A DNA stretch of 64,000 nt from an uncultured Verrucomicrobiae bacterium (GCA_963769025.1 CAVYKI010000006.1:608001-672000); one strand, 5' to 3'. Positions 1 to 10,857 are shown, counted from the first letter of the stretch. Notes: generated from the letters alone by a model not told the origin. Numbers and translations are program-made.

Positions 1-143
1 AATCCGATATCGCCGGTGATGCAGGATTCCTGCGCGACTTCCTTGACCGCTTTGACGGTCTTGGAGGTCCCAGCGTAGGCGTTGGAGCCCGCGAGGCAGG
101 CTGCCGCGAATGCTGCGACCGTAGTGATGGTGCGTGTGTTCAT
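1..143 (-). CDS. N-terminus of a secreted, probably outer-membrane protein (runs off window)
   Basis: Manual translation from ATG at 143: MNTRTITTVAAFAAACLAGSNAYAGTSKTVKAVKEVAQESCITGDIG; signal peptide ending AYA. Confidence 0.6.
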   Translation of the reverse strand, partial: MNTRTITTVAAFAAACLAGSNAYAGTSKTVKAVKEVAQESCITGDIG

Positions 144-345
144 GTGTTTAGTGGTGGTGTTTGGTGTTTGCTTGTTACATGCCTTTCGGCGGCGCGGTTT
201 GTAGCTGGGTTGACAGGAGGGCGCAACAAATTTTTTTAGGATTGTGAATTGGTGTTAATAACTCTCCGCGCCTCTGTAAAACCCGCGTTTGCCTGTGAAT
301 AACTTGCCGCTTATGCCCGGGGCTGAAAATGAGGCGCTGTTTTTT

Positions 346-1323
346 TCAGAATTTCGCCCCTGTTTGCAGGATGATTTTCCCCCGGTGCCCTCTTCCGAGG
401 ACCGCCTTTTGGGCTTCGGCTGCTTCTGCAAGGGGGAGGACTTGGCCGATCACCGGACTCAGCTTTCCCGATGCGAGCGCCTCGTTGATCGCCGCGTGGC
501 ACTCGGCGAGTTCCGGCGCGGGCGTATTGGACACCATCACTCCGCGGACGTCCGCATCGCGCAACATGAGGTCCCGGGGGTTGATTTCGATGCTCCCGCG
601 GTTCCCGACAACAACGACCCGCCCGTTCCGTCCGAGCACTCCGAGGTCGCGGGCAAGGTTCACGTTTGCGAGCATCTCTATGATCAATCCGACGCCCTGA
701 CCGTCAGTCGCCTTAAGGACCCCATCCATGTAACCGTCGGCCGTGTGGTCGAAGACCGCGCTCGCGCCCTGCTCGCCGAGCATCTTCCGCCCTTCCTCGC
801 TGCCGCCGGTCGCGAAGACCCGCAGCCCGGCAGCCTTTGCGAACTGGATCGCCGCCACCCCCACGCCGCCAGTCGCACCATGCACCAGCACCGTCTCGCC
901 CGACTTCGCCCCGCCGCGCTGGAAGAGCGCCCGGTACGCCGTGGAGTAGGGGATGCCCAGCGCCGCGCCCTGTTCGAAAGTCACGTGGTCTGGCAAGGCG
1001 AACACCCGTCCCGCGACGCACACCGTCTGCTCGGCATACGTCCCGCTCACGCTCCCGGCCACCCACACGCGCTGACCCGGTCGGAGCCGCGCCTCCACGC
1101 CCGTGCCCACGCTTTCCACCACGCCCGCACCGTCCGAGCCCGGCGTGTAGGGCAAAGGCGGCAGCTTCGCGTAAGTGCCCGCTCTTATATAGGTCTCCAC
1201 CGGATTCACGCCGGCTGCCATCAGGCGCACGAGCACCTGTCCGGGGCCGGGCTCCAGGTTGGGTTCGTCACTGAGTTCGAGGACTTCGGGGCCGCCAAAG
1301 GCCTTCATGCGGATTGCTTTCAT
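346..1323 (-). CDS. qor: NADPH:quinone oxidoreductase (zeta-crystallin/MDR family)
   Basis: MKAIRM..FGGPEVL, AAGVNPVE, PYTPGSDGAG, VLVHGATGGVG NADPH motif. Confidence 0.9.
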   Translation of the reverse strand: MKAIRMKAFGGPEVLELSDEPNLEPGPGQVLVRLMAAGVNPVETYIRAGTYAKLPPLPYTPGSDGAGVVESVGTGVEARLRPGQRVWVAGSVSGTYAEQTVCVAGRVFALPDHVTFEQGAALGIPYSTAYRALFQRGGAKSGETVLVHGATGGVGVAAIQFAKAAGLRVFATGGSEEGRKMLGEQGASAVFDHTADGYMDGVLKATDGQGVGLIIEMLANVNLARDLGVLGRNGRVVVVGNRGSIEINPRDLMLRDADVRGVMVSNTPAPELAECHAAINEALASGKLSPVIGQVLPLAEAAEAQKAVLGRGHRGKIILQTGAKF

Positions 1324-1371
1324 GCGCGCAGTCTTTGACAGAACGCACCTCCTCGTCCATCCCTTTGCACC

Positions 1372-1809
1372 GTGAGCGACTCCTGCTGCCAGCACCATTC
1401 ACCCGAACCCGATTCCGAAAAGCCCGGCGCCTTCGGCGTCGAAAATCCGCGCGGCCTCGACGCCCTCGCCTTTGACGGCGAGACCGGCGAAGCCGTCCTC
1501 ATTATGGTCGAGCCCCGTCCGTGGGACGGCTCCGAGCAGCGCCTCTTCCAGCTTCAGGAGAAAGTGAACGCCTACCTCAGCTTCGCCCTCGACGGCGAGA
1601 TGACCGACGCATTCCCCCACCTCGCCGGCAAGCCCGTCCGCCTCCAGCTCGACTGCGCCGCCCCGCCCGACTCGATGACCGAGCACCTCATCACCGCCGT
1701 CCGCGAGCACATCGCGCTGCAGGACATGAAATTCGCCGTCCGCATCGTCGGCGAGCCCGCTCCCGCCGGCGAGGGCAGCTGCGGCACCGGCTGCGGCTGT
1801 CATCCGTAG
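1372..1809 (+). CDS. conserved hypothetical protein (DUF6572-like) with Cys-rich termini
   Basis: LQEKVNAYLSFALDGEM motif; ends SCGTGCGCHP. Confidence 0.6.
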   Translation: MSDSCCQHHSPEPDSEKPGAFGVENPRGLDALAFDGETGEAVLIMVEPRPWDGSEQRLFQLQEKVNAYLSFALDGEMTDAFPHLAGKPVRLQLDCAAPPDSMTEHLITAVREHIALQDMKFAVRIVGEPAPAGEGSCGTGCGCHP

Positions 1810-1832
1810 CCCAGCGCGCAAGGCGGACCTTT

Positions 1833-2316
1833 TTACCTCTCTCCTCCCGCTGGAGCAGCAGCGCCGCGGATCTCCGCGTGCTGGATCGCACCGCCGAAAT
1901 TTGCCGCGCGCCCCATGAGGCCCACCGTGATCGCTGTGAGGACGAACACAGCCATCATGATGCGTCCGGACAACCGCTTTCCTCCGCGCCCGAGGATGAG
2001 CGCCGCGAGCGCCATTACTCCTGCGAGTGCAGCGGCGGCAAACGCGAACCCCGCCGCACTCTCATGTTTCTCGATGAGCGGGTCCTCATCCACCGGCGTC
2101 GCCTCGATGATTTCCATGATTCCCTCAAACGCCGGCTCGCCGGTCATGTAGGCTGGCACGGTCAGCAACGCCACCAGTACCGACCGCGCCGAGGGCGGCG
2201 CGCTTGAGTTCCTCGCTGCGCCGGAAAATCGCCCAACCCAGCAGGCCGAGCGCAAACGCAGAGCCGACCAGGGGAATGTGATTGAGCAGCAAATGCCAGT
2301 GAGCGGGATTGATCAT
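1833..2316 (-). pseudogene. DUF2231-like membrane protein, frameshifted near 2185
   Basis: MINPAHWHLLLNHIPLVG in one frame continues as VLVALLTVPAYMTGE...ANFGGAIQHAEIR in another frame. Confidence 0.65.
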
Positions 2317-2506
2317 GGCGTCGGGAATATGACACGCCCGCTTCGCTTGTTGGAGGATTTTCGATCTCAGCACATGCGAAAGTCGGGCGCGGCGTCGCGA
2401 TCCGTGAGCCGCTGGCCGCCGCATGCACTACGCAAACTCTGTCGCGAGGAGGAATCGCGGGCGTGCGCGATTGCATTCCGTTGCGGAGGGCGACAACATC
2501 CGGCCC

Positions 2507-3070
2507 ATGTCCACAGAACCAGTCCCCCCGGACCCACCTTCTGCGCCTGCCGCTGATCGCCGTGAATTTCTAAAATCCGCCGCGTGCGTCGCGCTCGGCG
2601 GCGCGTGTGTGCTGGTCCCGGCGCTTGCGGGTGTGACCGTGCTGGTCGGCCCGTTGAGCCGTCCCGCGCCGGACGGCTCGTGGGTGCAGCTCGTAAAGCT
2701 CGACGCCCTCCAGATCGGCGCTGCGCCACGACTTTTCCAAGTCTTCATCGAGCGCACGGATGCCTGGACGCGGCACGCGCGCAATGCCGTCGGCACCGTC
2801 TTCCTCGAACGGCTCAAGGATCAAACCGTGCGCGCTTTCCAGTCCGCGTGTCCGCACCTCGGCTGCGCGGTGGAATGGCGCGCCGAGCAGAAACATTTCT
2901 TCTGCCCGTGCCACAACAGCGCGTTTTCGCATGACGGGGAAATCATCCAGCCGAGCCCGTCTGCGCGCGGACTCGACACGCTGGAGGTATCGATCCACGA
3001 GGACGGTGGCGTGTGGGTGAAGTTCCAGGACTTCAAGGCGGGCGTGAAGGAAAAGATCCCCGTGGCATGA
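2507..3070 (+). CDS. Rieske 2Fe-2S subunit of cytochrome bc complex
   Basis: Tat motif RREFLK; CPHLGC and CPCHNS boxes. Confidence 0.92.
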   Translation: MSTEPVPPDPPSAPAADRREFLKSAACVALGGACVLVPALAGVTVLVGPLSRPAPDGSWVQLVKLDALQIGAAPRLFQVFIERTDAWTRHARNAVGTVFLERLKDQTVRAFQSACPHLGCAVEWRAEQKHFFCPCHNSAFSHDGEIIQPSPSARGLDTLEVSIHEDGGVWVKFQDFKAGVKEKIPVA

Positions 3071-4851
3071 AGGCGCTCTTCGACTGGTTCGACTCCCGCA
3101 CCGGCTACCGCAAGCTCGTAAGGACCGCGCTTTACGAGCATGTCCCCGGCGGCGCGCGCTGGCGCTACGTGTGGGGCAGCACACTCAGCTTCGCGATCGT
3201 CGTGCAGTTCATCACCGGCGTGTTCCTTTGGATGAACTACAGCCCGAGCGCGCAGACCGCTTGGGAAAGCGTCCACTACATCAACGACGTGATGCCCGGC
3301 GGATGGCTGCTGCGCGGCATCCACCACTACATGGCGCAGCTCATGGTGCCGCTGCTCGTGCTGCACTTCATGCAGGTCATCATCGACCGCGCCTACCAGG
3401 CTCCGCGCGAAGTGAACTACTGGTTCGGCCTCGGCCTGCTCGGACTCACGCTCGCGATTTCCGTCACGGGCTACCTGCTGCCTTGGGACCAGCGCGGATA
3501 CTGGAGCACGAAAGTGGTGACCAATCTGATCTCCGGCGTCCCGGTCGTGGGAGACAGCCTCCAGCGCCTCGTTGTCGGCGATGCGAACTACGGCCACCAC
3601 ACGCTCACGCGGTTCTTCGCGATGCACGCGGGGATTTTGCCCGCGCTCATGGTGCTGGTCATCATCGGCCACGTCGCACTTTTCCGGAAGCACGGCCTCA
3701 CGCCGAAGCTGCCGAAGAAGAAACGCGACTCGATGTTCTGGCCCGATCAGGTGCTCAAGGACGCCGTCGCGTGTCTCGCCGTGCTCGCTGCGGTGCTCGG
3801 CCTCGTGTGGTGGTTCAAAGGCGCGGAACTCGGTGCGCCCGCAAATCCGTCCGAGCCCTACAGCGCCGCGCGGCCCGACTGGTATTTCATGTCGCTCTTC
3901 CAGTTCCTGAAATTCTTCCAGGGCGAGGACATCATCTGGGGCTCGCTGATCATCCCGGGCATCATTTTCGGCCTGCTCATGCTCATGCCGCTGCTCGGCC
4001 GATGGCAGCTCGGGCATCGGTTTAATCTCTTCGTGCTCTTCGCCGGCCTCGCGGGATTCGGCGTGCTCACCGCGATGGCATTCACCCACGACGCGCGCGA
4101 TTCGCACTATCACGCCGCCGTCGCGCAGGCCCGCCGCGATGCCGCGCGCACCAAGGAACTCGCCGCCGCCAACAAGGGCATCCCGAACGAAGGCGCGCTC
4201 TCACTCCTGCGCAACGATCCGCACACGCAGGGTCCGCGTCTTTTCGCCAGCCAGTGTGCGAGCTGCCACACCTATGCCGGACACGACGGTCTCGGCGCGC
4301 CGCTCCCCGAGCCGCCCACCGCGCCCGACCTCGCCGGCTTTGGCTCGCGCGAATGGCTGCGCGGTTTCATGGACCCCGCGCAGATCGAGACGCCGAAATA
4401 TTTCGGCGGCACGGTCTTCGTGAATCCAAAGCCCGGCGACAAGAAGAGTCGCATGGTCCGCTTCATCCTCGAGGACGTGGCCGGGTACGGCGCGGAGGAA
4501 AAGGCGCAGCTCGAGAAAATCATCGCCGCCGTGAGCGCCGAGGCGAAACTTCCTGCGCAGAGCGAAGCCGACAAGCGCGACATCGCCATCATCGAGGAAG
4601 GCCGCAAGCTGCTCGCCGACCTCACGCTCGACTGTACCGACTGCCACACGTTTCACGCGACGGAGGGCGGCAAGGGCCCCGACTTCACCGGCTACGGCTC
4701 GCATGAGTGGCTGTCCGGCTTCCTGAAAAACCCGGCCCACGAGCGCTTCTACGGAAAGCGCAACGACCGCATGCCGGCATTCAGCGGCGAGGGCAGCCGC
4801 CTCACCGAGCGCGAACTCGACCTGCTCATCCGCTGGCTGCGCGGCGAGTGA
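3067..4851 (+). CDS. cytochrome b/b6 fused to a diheme cytochrome c domain
   Basis: TGYLLPWDQ, RPDWYF (PEWY-like); CASCH and CTDCH heme c motifs; ATGA overlap with the Rieske gene. Confidence 0.9.
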   Translation: MKALFDWFDSRTGYRKLVRTALYEHVPGGARWRYVWGSTLSFAIVVQFITGVFLWMNYSPSAQTAWESVHYINDVMPGGWLLRGIHHYMAQLMVPLLVLHFMQVIIDRAYQAPREVNYWFGLGLLGLTLAISVTGYLLPWDQRGYWSTKVVTNLISGVPVVGDSLQRLVVGDANYGHHTLTRFFAMHAGILPALMVLVIIGHVALFRKHGLTPKLPKKKRDSMFWPDQVLKDAVACLAVLAAVLGLVWWFKGAELGAPANPSEPYSAARPDWYFMSLFQFLKFFQGEDIIWGSLIIPGIIFGLLMLMPLLGRWQLGHRFNLFVLFAGLAGFGVLTAMAFTHDARDSHYHAAVAQARRDAARTKELAAANKGIPNEGALSLLRNDPHTQGPRLFASQCASCHTYAGHDGLGAPLPEPPTAPDLAGFGSREWLRGFMDPAQIETPKYFGGTVFVNPKPGDKKSRMVRFILEDVAGYGAEEKAQLEKIIAAVSAEAKLPAQSEADKRDIAIIEEGRKLLADLTLDCTDCHTFHATEGGKGPDFTGYGSHEWLSGFLKNPAHERFYGKRNDRMPAFSGEGSRLTERELDLLIRWLRGE

Positions 4852-4880
4852 GCGACACACCGTGCGCGGTCCCGTACCGA

Positions 4881-4959
4881 AACCACGGAGGACACGGAGA
4901 GCACGGAGGAGAAAGCGATCAGCTCCGTGATTTCCGTGTGCTCCGTGTGCTCCGTGGTT
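4881..4959. repeat. inverted array of 9-bp CACGGAG units (REP-like hairpin)
   Basis: aaccacggaggacacggagagcacggag ... ctccgtgtgctccgtgtgctccgtggtt. Confidence 0.75.
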
Positions 4960-5053
4960 AAAACCTTTGGCACCTCCCGAAATCCGACGCCACGTTCCGC
5001 GCGTGCGAGTTGACCGCCCGCACCGTTTCCGAAAAGACACCGCAACCTCATTC

Positions 5054-5902
5054 ATGATTCGCCCGCTTCTCGTCCCGCTCGTTCTCGCTTTCATCACGCT
5101 CACCACGGTCGCACGCGCGGGACTTCCGCAGGTCATCAATGTCTCGGCCTATGATCCCAAGGAGCGGCAGCGTTCCGGCAAGGGCTACTCGGAGCACGAT
5201 GTCTCCGCGCTCCGCGACAACGGCGCCAGCGCGCTCATCGCCCGCGCCGGAAAGGGCGGCGTGCTCGACGACAAATGCGGAAATTTCCTCGCCGCAGCGG
5301 ATCGGGTGAACCTGCTGCCCGGAGTTTACTATCGGCTGCAAAAGCACATCGATGCCGTGAAGCAGGCCGATCAATTCATCTCCCGCGCGCGGCAACTCGC
5401 ACGCAGCCGTGCGTGGAATGCGCCCGCGCTGCTGCTCTGCGGCGACTTCGACGCGGCCTCGAAACTCTCCGACATCCTGCGCTTCATGGATCGCGTGGAA
5501 TCGCGCACGGGCGTCTTCCCTGTCGCGTATCTCGAAAACAGCACGCACCTGAAAGTTCTCCTCAGCACCGCCAGCGCCTCCGAGAAGGCGAAGCTCCGCC
5601 GCATGCCATACTGGCTCGCCCTCTACTCGCACGAGAGCGGCGGCGGCTCGCAGTTTCCCGCGCCCGTGAATCCGCGCGGTCTCGTGAAGCAATACGACGT
5701 CTGGTCGGACTGGACGCTCTGGCAATATGGTGGCGTCGATTGGGAGCGCGGCGCTTCGCGTGCGAAAGTTTACAGCCACGGCCCGTACCGCTTCAGCCGC
5801 TATTTCGGCGACCTGGACCGCCCCATCGAGCGAAACGTCTTCAACGGCTCGCTCGCGTCGCTGCAGACCTTCTGGAAACGCCACGGCCTGCCGCTGAACT
5901 GA
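5054..5902 (+). CDS. secreted glycoside hydrolase, GH25 lysozyme-like
   Basis: Signal peptide; INVSAYD, GVYY, LCGDFD, YWLALY, WTLWQY, ERNVFNGS resemble GH25 motifs. Confidence 0.65.
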   Translation: MIRPLLVPLVLAFITLTTVARAGLPQVINVSAYDPKERQRSGKGYSEHDVSALRDNGASALIARAGKGGVLDDKCGNFLAAADRVNLLPGVYYRLQKHIDAVKQADQFISRARQLARSRAWNAPALLLCGDFDAASKLSDILRFMDRVESRTGVFPVAYLENSTHLKVLLSTASASEKAKLRRMPYWLALYSHESGGGSQFPAPVNPRGLVKQYDVWSDWTLWQYGGVDWERGASRAKVYSHGPYRFSRYFGDLDRPIERNVFNGSLASLQTFWKRHGLPLN

Positions 5903-5903
5903 C

Positions 5904-6425
5904 ATGAACAACGACTGGAAACTCGAATTTCGCAACGTGTGGGATCGCGCTGTCGCCGCGTGGAAAGCGGGACGCAATTCGCCGCAGACCATGTTCACGC
6001 CGGACGATGTGGCCTTCCTCGCAACCATCGGCTGCACCGCGCAGGAGTTGTTCGATTTCGTCGATGACTCGCTCGGTTACGACGATCTCGATTTTGAAAC
6101 CGCACTCGCCGTCACGGAGATCCGGCGCTCGTATTTCCTCGATGTGATGCACGGCAAGCCGACCGGCCGCGTCGTGCCGATGAGCGACCTCCCCGCAAAG
6201 TCCGCTGAAGTGGACGGCATCGCATGGCTCCCTCGCCTCATCGAAAAGGCGCGCATCAAGCTGCGCGGCGAGATGAACCCCGACCTCATGTACGGCTGCG
6301 CCGGCGACCGCCCGTTTCTGCGCGAGCACGGCATGACGCTCCCTCAATTCCTGCAACTCGTGTGGGACAAGGGCGACGATGACCGCGCGATCGTGGACGC
6401 GGTAAAGCACGCCGCGGGACGTTGA
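5904..6425 (+). CDS. DUF5069-like protein
   Basis: GIAWLPRLIEKARIKLRGE..YGC.GD motif. Confidence 0.65.
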   Translation: MNNDWKLEFRNVWDRAVAAWKAGRNSPQTMFTPDDVAFLATIGCTAQELFDFVDDSLGYDDLDFETALAVTEIRRSYFLDVMHGKPTGRVVPMSDLPAKSAEVDGIAWLPRLIEKARIKLRGEMNPDLMYGCAGDRPFLREHGMTLPQFLQLVWDKGDDDRAIVDAVKHAAGR

Positions 6426-6459
6426 TTTTGGCGAAAGCGCAGGCGCGTATGCGCCGCAC

Positions 6460-8406
6460 TCAGATCTCGAAGTCCGTCTCGAATTTCAGCCGCTCGCGCA
6501 GGAACTCCAGCACCTGCGCCGTGCTTTCGCCGACGGTGAGCTTGCTCGTCTCGACGACCATCTCCGGATCGCTCGGCGCTTCGTAAGGCGCGTCAATTCC
6601 GGTGAACTGTTTGATCTCCCCGGCGCGCGCTTTTTTGTAGAGGCCCTTCGTGTCGCGCTGCTCGCAGACTTCGAGCGAGGCGTTCACATACACCTCGTAA
6701 AAGTCCACGCCGCTCTCGCATGCGATGGCGCGCGCGCGGCGGCGGTCGGCCTGGTACGGCGAGATGAATGCGGTGATGACGACCACGCCCGCATCGGCCA
6801 TGAGCCGCGCAGTCTCCGCGACGCGGCGGATGTTTTCCACGCGGTCCTCGGGCGAGAAGCCGAGGTTCGAGTTCAGCCCGTGGCGGATGTTGTCGCCGTC
6901 GAGGATGTAGGTCTGCATCCCGAGGTTGAAGAGTTCGCGATCCAGTTCGTGCGAGAGCGTGCTTTTGCCGCTGCCGCTCAGGCCGGTGAACCACACGATC
7001 GCGCCCTTGTGCCCGTTGCGCGCGAAGCGCCGGACCTGCGTGACTGCGCCGTCACTCCAGAAAATGTTCGAGGACTTCGGCTGCGTGCGATCCGTGTAAA
7101 CGCCGCCGAAGATGATGCCGCCGCCCGCGACGTTGCGGTTGTCCACGATGACAAATCGCCCAAGCAGCGCGTTGCGATCCGCGTTGTCAAAAGCGAGCGC
7201 GCCGCGCGTCTGGATGGTGATTTCCGCGACGTCGTTCTTTGCGATGTAGCCGCGGTCGCCGGGGAGCGCGTCGAGCGTGGAGGCGTCGATGATGCGCTCG
7301 ATGCTCACGACCTCCGCATCGAGTTCCTGCGTCGTGAGCTTCAGCTTGTAGCGTTCGCCGACGGTGAGGTTTCGCTTGCCCATCCAGAACAGCCGCGCCT
7401 TGAAACGGTTCGATTCAATCGGCGATTCCTGCTCGTGCGAGGCGACGTGCCCGCGGTCCACGAAAATCTGCTCCGTGAGCGTGATGCCGATGCTTTCCCC
7501 CGCGGTCGCGGAAGTCTTCGGCGGCGCATTCCAGTTTTCGATGGTCTTGATGACCGCCGTCTTGTTGCCCGGCGAAAACACGAGCGTGTCGCCGACCTTC
7601 AGCGACCCCGCCTCGATGCGGCCCGCGATGATGCGCCGGTCGTCAAAACGATACACGTCCTGCACGGGGAACCGCAGCGGCAGATCGTTGAGCGGCTTCG
7701 GCGGCTCGAAGGAATCGAGCATGTCGGTGATCGTCGGCCCCGTGTACCAAGGCATCCCGGACTGCGGGTTACTCGCCGCAGAAGCTTCGCCCGCGCGGCT
7801 CGCGACATTGATCCCGCTGCGTGCCGAAATCGGAACGAACGCGCGCGCCTCCAGCCCGATCTCCTTCAGAAACGCCGAGTAGTTCTTCACCACGTCGTCG
7901 AAGACATCCTGCCGGAAATCCACGAGGTCCATCTTGTTCACCGCGACGACGACCTGTTTGATGCCGAGCAGCGACAGCAGGTAGCCGTGCCGCCGCGACT
8001 GTTCCTGCACGCCTTCGTTCGCCGCGATCAGCAGCACCGCCGCATCCGCGCTCGCCGCGCCGGTGATCATGTTTTTCAGGAACTCCTTGTGCCCCGGCGC
8101 ATCGATGATCACGTACGGCCGCTTCGCCGTCTTGAACTGAATCTGCGTCGTATCAATCGTGATATTTTGCGCCTGCTCCTCGAGCAGCGCATCGAGCAGG
8201 AACGCATACTCAAACTCCATGCCCTCCTCTTTGCACGCCGCCTGGATCTGCTCGACTTTGCCGTCCGGCAGCGACTTCGTGTCGTAGAAAATGCGCCCGA
8301 TGAGCGTGCTCTTGCCGTGGTCCACATGACCGACGAAGACGACGCGGAGGCGGCGGACGGAGTTGGTGCTTGAGGCGTTATCGGCTGAGGTGCTAGAAGT
8401 GGACAT
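6460..8406 (-). CDS. cysNC: bifunctional sulfate adenylyltransferase subunit 1 / APS kinase
   Basis: [18 protein letters not shown] GTPase motifs; [12 protein letters not shown] and [13 protein letters not shown] kinase motifs. Confidence 0.95.
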   Translation of the reverse strand: MSTSSTSADNASSTNSVRRLRVVFVGHVDHGKSTLIGRIFYDTKSLPDGKVEQIQAACKEEGMEFEYAFLLDALLEEQAQNITIDTTQIQFKTAKRPYVIIDAPGHKEFLKNMITGAASADAAVLLIAANEGVQEQSRRHGYLLSLLGIKQVVVAVNKMDLVDFRQDVFDDVVKNYSAFLKEIGLEARAFVPISARSGINVASRAGEASAASNPQSGMPWYTGPTITDMLDSFEPPKPLNDLPLRFPVQDVYRFDDRRIIAGRIEAGSLKVGDTLVFSPGNKTAVIKTIENWNAPPKTSATAGESIGITLTEQIFVDRGHVASHEQESPIESNRFKARLFWMGKRNLTVGERYKLKLTTQELDAEVVSIERIIDASTLDALPGDRGYIAKNDVAEITIQTRGALAFDNADRNALLGRFVIVDNRNVAGGGIIFGGVYTDRTQPKSSNIFWSDGAVTQVRRFARNGHKGAIVWFTGLSGSGKSTLSHELDRELFNLGMQTYILDGDNIRHGLNSNLGFSPEDRVENIRRVAETARLMADAGVVVITAFISPYQADRRRARAIACESGVDFYEVYVNASLEVCEQRDTKGLYKKARAGEIKQFTGIDAPYEAPSDPEMVVETSKLTVGESTAQVLEFLRERLKFETDFEI

Positions 8407-8608
8407 GACTTTCAAAGTGATAGTTCACCGCGCAGAGGAGGGCGGCTTTTGGGCAGAGGTGCCGGCGATTCCAGGCTGTGCCACGCAGGGCGAGACGCAC
8501 GAGGAACTCCTGGCGAACGTTCGCGAGGCCATCGAGGGGTGCCTCTCGGTGGACGTGACGGATTTCGAGCGGCATCCCGACGACGAGATCGTGCAGCTCG
8601 CGGTGTGA
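8405..8608 (+). CDS. hicB: HicB-family antitoxin (short form)
   Basis: [43 protein letters not shown]. Confidence 0.9.
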   Translation: MTFKVIVHRAEEGGFWAEVPAIPGCATQGETHEELLANVREAIEGCLSVDVTDFERHPDDEIVQLAV

Positions 8609-8811
8609 AAGCGATCTCCGGCAAGGATTTCGTGCGCCTTCTTCAGCAGAAGGGCTGGCAGCTCGCGCGTATCAACGGTAGCCATCACATTTTCACGAAG
8701 CCGGGCAGGCGTGAGCGCATCGTTGTTCCCGTTCACGGGAACCAGTCGCTGAAAATTGGCTTGCTGCGGCATCAGATGAAGATTGCTGGAATCGAGGAGA
8801 GCGAATTGTAG
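8605..8811 (+). CDS. hicA: HicA-family mRNA interferase toxin
   Basis: GTGA overlap with hicB; GW..ARINGSHHIF..VVPVH motif. Confidence 0.9.
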   Translation: MKAISGKDFVRLLQQKGWQLARINGSHHIFTKPGRRERIVVPVHGNQSLKIGLLRHQMKIAGIEESEL

Positions 8812-8817
8812 CGAGGC

Positions 8818-9762
8818 CTACATGAAGCCCTTCGCGCGGAGCTTCTGCATCGCGTTGCGTTCGTGGTGATCCTGCGCGCGGCCGGCGCGCTCGCTGGTCT
8901 TGGTGTGCGCGAGTTCGTCCACGATTTTGTCAATGGTGTCGGCCTCGCTCTCGACCGGGCCGGAGATGGGCCAGCAGCCGAGTGAACGGAAGCGGTAGCG
9001 GTGCCCGTCCTTCGCCTTGCGGGCGAAATACATCTTCGGGATCGGGATGCCTTCGCGCTGGATGTACATCCAGATGTCGCGTTCGCTCCAGTCGAGCAGC
9101 GCCTGCACGCGGACGTGCTCGCCCGGCGCGCAGCTCGTCGTGAACTGGTTCCAAAACTCCGGCGGCTGATCCTTGTAGTCCCACTCGAAGTCCTTTGTGC
9201 GCGGTGAAAAGTAGCGCTCCTTCGCGCGCGTCGGATCCTCGTCGCGGCGGATGCCGGTGATGAGCGCGTCCCACTTGTGCTCGGCCATCACCTGCTGGAG
9301 CGCGACGGTCTTCAGCTCGTGCGTCACCGTCACCGGGTCCGTCGTGTCGTAGCCGATGGGCCCGCGCTTTTCCCACTCGCCGCGTCCCGCGCGCGCGTCC
9401 TCGTTGATTTTCACGATGAGATTCAGCCCGTGATACTTCACCGCCCAGTCGCGGTACTCGATCATCTCGGGAAATTCGTAGGTCGTATCGATGTGCAGGA
9501 GCGGGTAGGGGATGTGCCCGCCGAACGCCTTTTTCGAGAGCCAGATGAGGACGTTCGAGTCCTTGCCCATGCTCCACGGCATGCAGATGTTTTTGAAATG
9601 ATGGAAAGCCTCGCGGATGAGGAACACGCTCTGCGCCTCGAGCTGGTCCAGGTGCTCCTGGTCGCTGTGCGCGATTTTCTCCGGGAAAAACGCAGCCGGT
9701 TCATCGGCCCCCGGCGCTGCGTAGAGCCGGGAGTAGGCGGGGTGCTTGGAAAAGTCGGACAT
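8818..9762 (-). CDS. cysD: sulfate adenylyltransferase subunit 2
   Basis: SMGKDS, HIDT, GIRRDE..RAKERYFS, RFRSLGC, SERAGR. Confidence 0.95.
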   Translation of the reverse strand: MSDFSKHPAYSRLYAAPGADEPAAFFPEKIAHSDQEHLDQLEAQSVFLIREAFHHFKNICMPWSMGKDSNVLIWLSKKAFGGHIPYPLLHIDTTYEFPEMIEYRDWAVKYHGLNLIVKINEDARAGRGEWEKRGPIGYDTTDPVTVTHELKTVALQQVMAEHKWDALITGIRRDEDPTRAKERYFSPRTKDFEWDYKDQPPEFWNQFTTSCAPGEHVRVQALLDWSERDIWMYIQREGIPIPKMYFARKAKDGHRYRFRSLGCWPISGPVESEADTIDKIVDELAHTKTSERAGRAQDHHERNAMQKLRAKGFM

Positions 9763-10162
9763 CGAAGGGTGAAAGGGCGGAGTTTTCGGAAAGGGGCGGG
9801 GAGAAAAGCAGTCAAAATGTTGATTGTCTATCGGGAAAATAGACTTTGTCCGTTTCAGTCGAGGATCGGGGGCGCGAAGATGCGGAACGGGTGTGAAAGT
9901 CCTGACGGCATTCCGAGTTGCGGTGTGCTTTGACCGGTTCCACCGTGAGGAAGCGTATCCCGCGATCGATTAGTGGTGCAATCAACCGTCTTACCGGGCT
10001 CATTTTCTCGGGCCACTCGGAGAGATGGTCCAAGGGGTCAATCCCCGGTGTCCAGATTCCTCAGGCAATGGCGGCGTGTCGCGCAACGCTTCGCATGCTT
10101 GCATTGAAAGGGCGCGCCGCGGATACTTCGAGCCCTTCTCTCAAATCAACCAAAACACAACC

Positions 10163-10801
10163 ATGGCATACGAACTACCTGCACTTCCCTACGCAACCAA
10201 CGCGCTCGAGCCGCACATCGATGCGCGCACGATGGAAATCCATCACGGCAAGCATCACAACGCGTATGTGACGAATCTCAACAACGCGCTGAAGGATCAC
10301 GCCGATCTCGCCGCGAAGACCATCGACGACCTTTGCAAGAGCATCGCCTCGGTGCCGGAAGCGATTCGCGGCCCGGTGCGCAACAACGGCGGCGGGCACT
10401 GGAACCATTCCTTTTTCTGGAAGCTCATGAAGGCGAATGCCGAGGGCAAGCCGGTGGGCAAGCCGGTGGGCAAGCTCGCGGAGGCGATCACGGCGACGTT
10501 CGGGAGCTTCGAGGCGTTTCAGGAGAAATTCGCGGCGGCTGCGGCGACGCGTTTCGGCAGCGGCTGGGCGTGGCTTTGCGTAAAGGACGGCAAGCTGGCG
10601 ATCTGCTCGACGGCGAACCAGGACAACCCGCTCATGGGCGAAGCGGTCGGCGGCTGCGGCGGCACGCCGGTGCTCGGACTCGATGTCTGGGAGCACGCCT
10701 ACTATCTCAACTACCAGAACCGCCGCCCCGACTACGTGAAGGCGTGGTGGAACGTGGTGAACTGGGCGCAGGCCGAGGCGAATTTCGCAGCGGCGAAGTA
10801 G
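10163..10801 (+). CDS. sodA: superoxide dismutase, probably Mn type
   Basis: [15 protein letters not shown] (GGG Mn signature), DVWEHAYY. Confidence 0.93.
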   Translation: MAYELPALPYATNALEPHIDARTMEIHHGKHHNAYVTNLNNALKDHADLAAKTIDDLCKSIASVPEAIRGPVRNNGGGHWNHSFFWKLMKANAEGKPVGKPVGKLAEAITATFGSFEAFQEKFAAAAATRFGSGWAWLCVKDGKLAICSTANQDNPLMGEAVGGCGGTPVLGLDVWEHAYYLNYQNRRPDYVKAWWNVVNWAQAEANFAAAK

Positions 10802-10821
10802 CGCCGGCGCGAGTCGTCTTC

Positions 10822-10857
10822 AAAAGCCCGGCTGTCCGAAAGGCGGCCGGGCTTTTT
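10822..10857 (+). terminator. intrinsic terminator, possibly bidirectional
   Basis: aaaagcccggctgtccgaaaggcggccgggcttttt. Confidence 0.85.

Noticed and set aside
10445..10475. 12-bp tandem duplication ([10 protein letters not shown]) in sodA
   Set aside because: In-frame, in a linker region; trivial slippage or consensus artefact.
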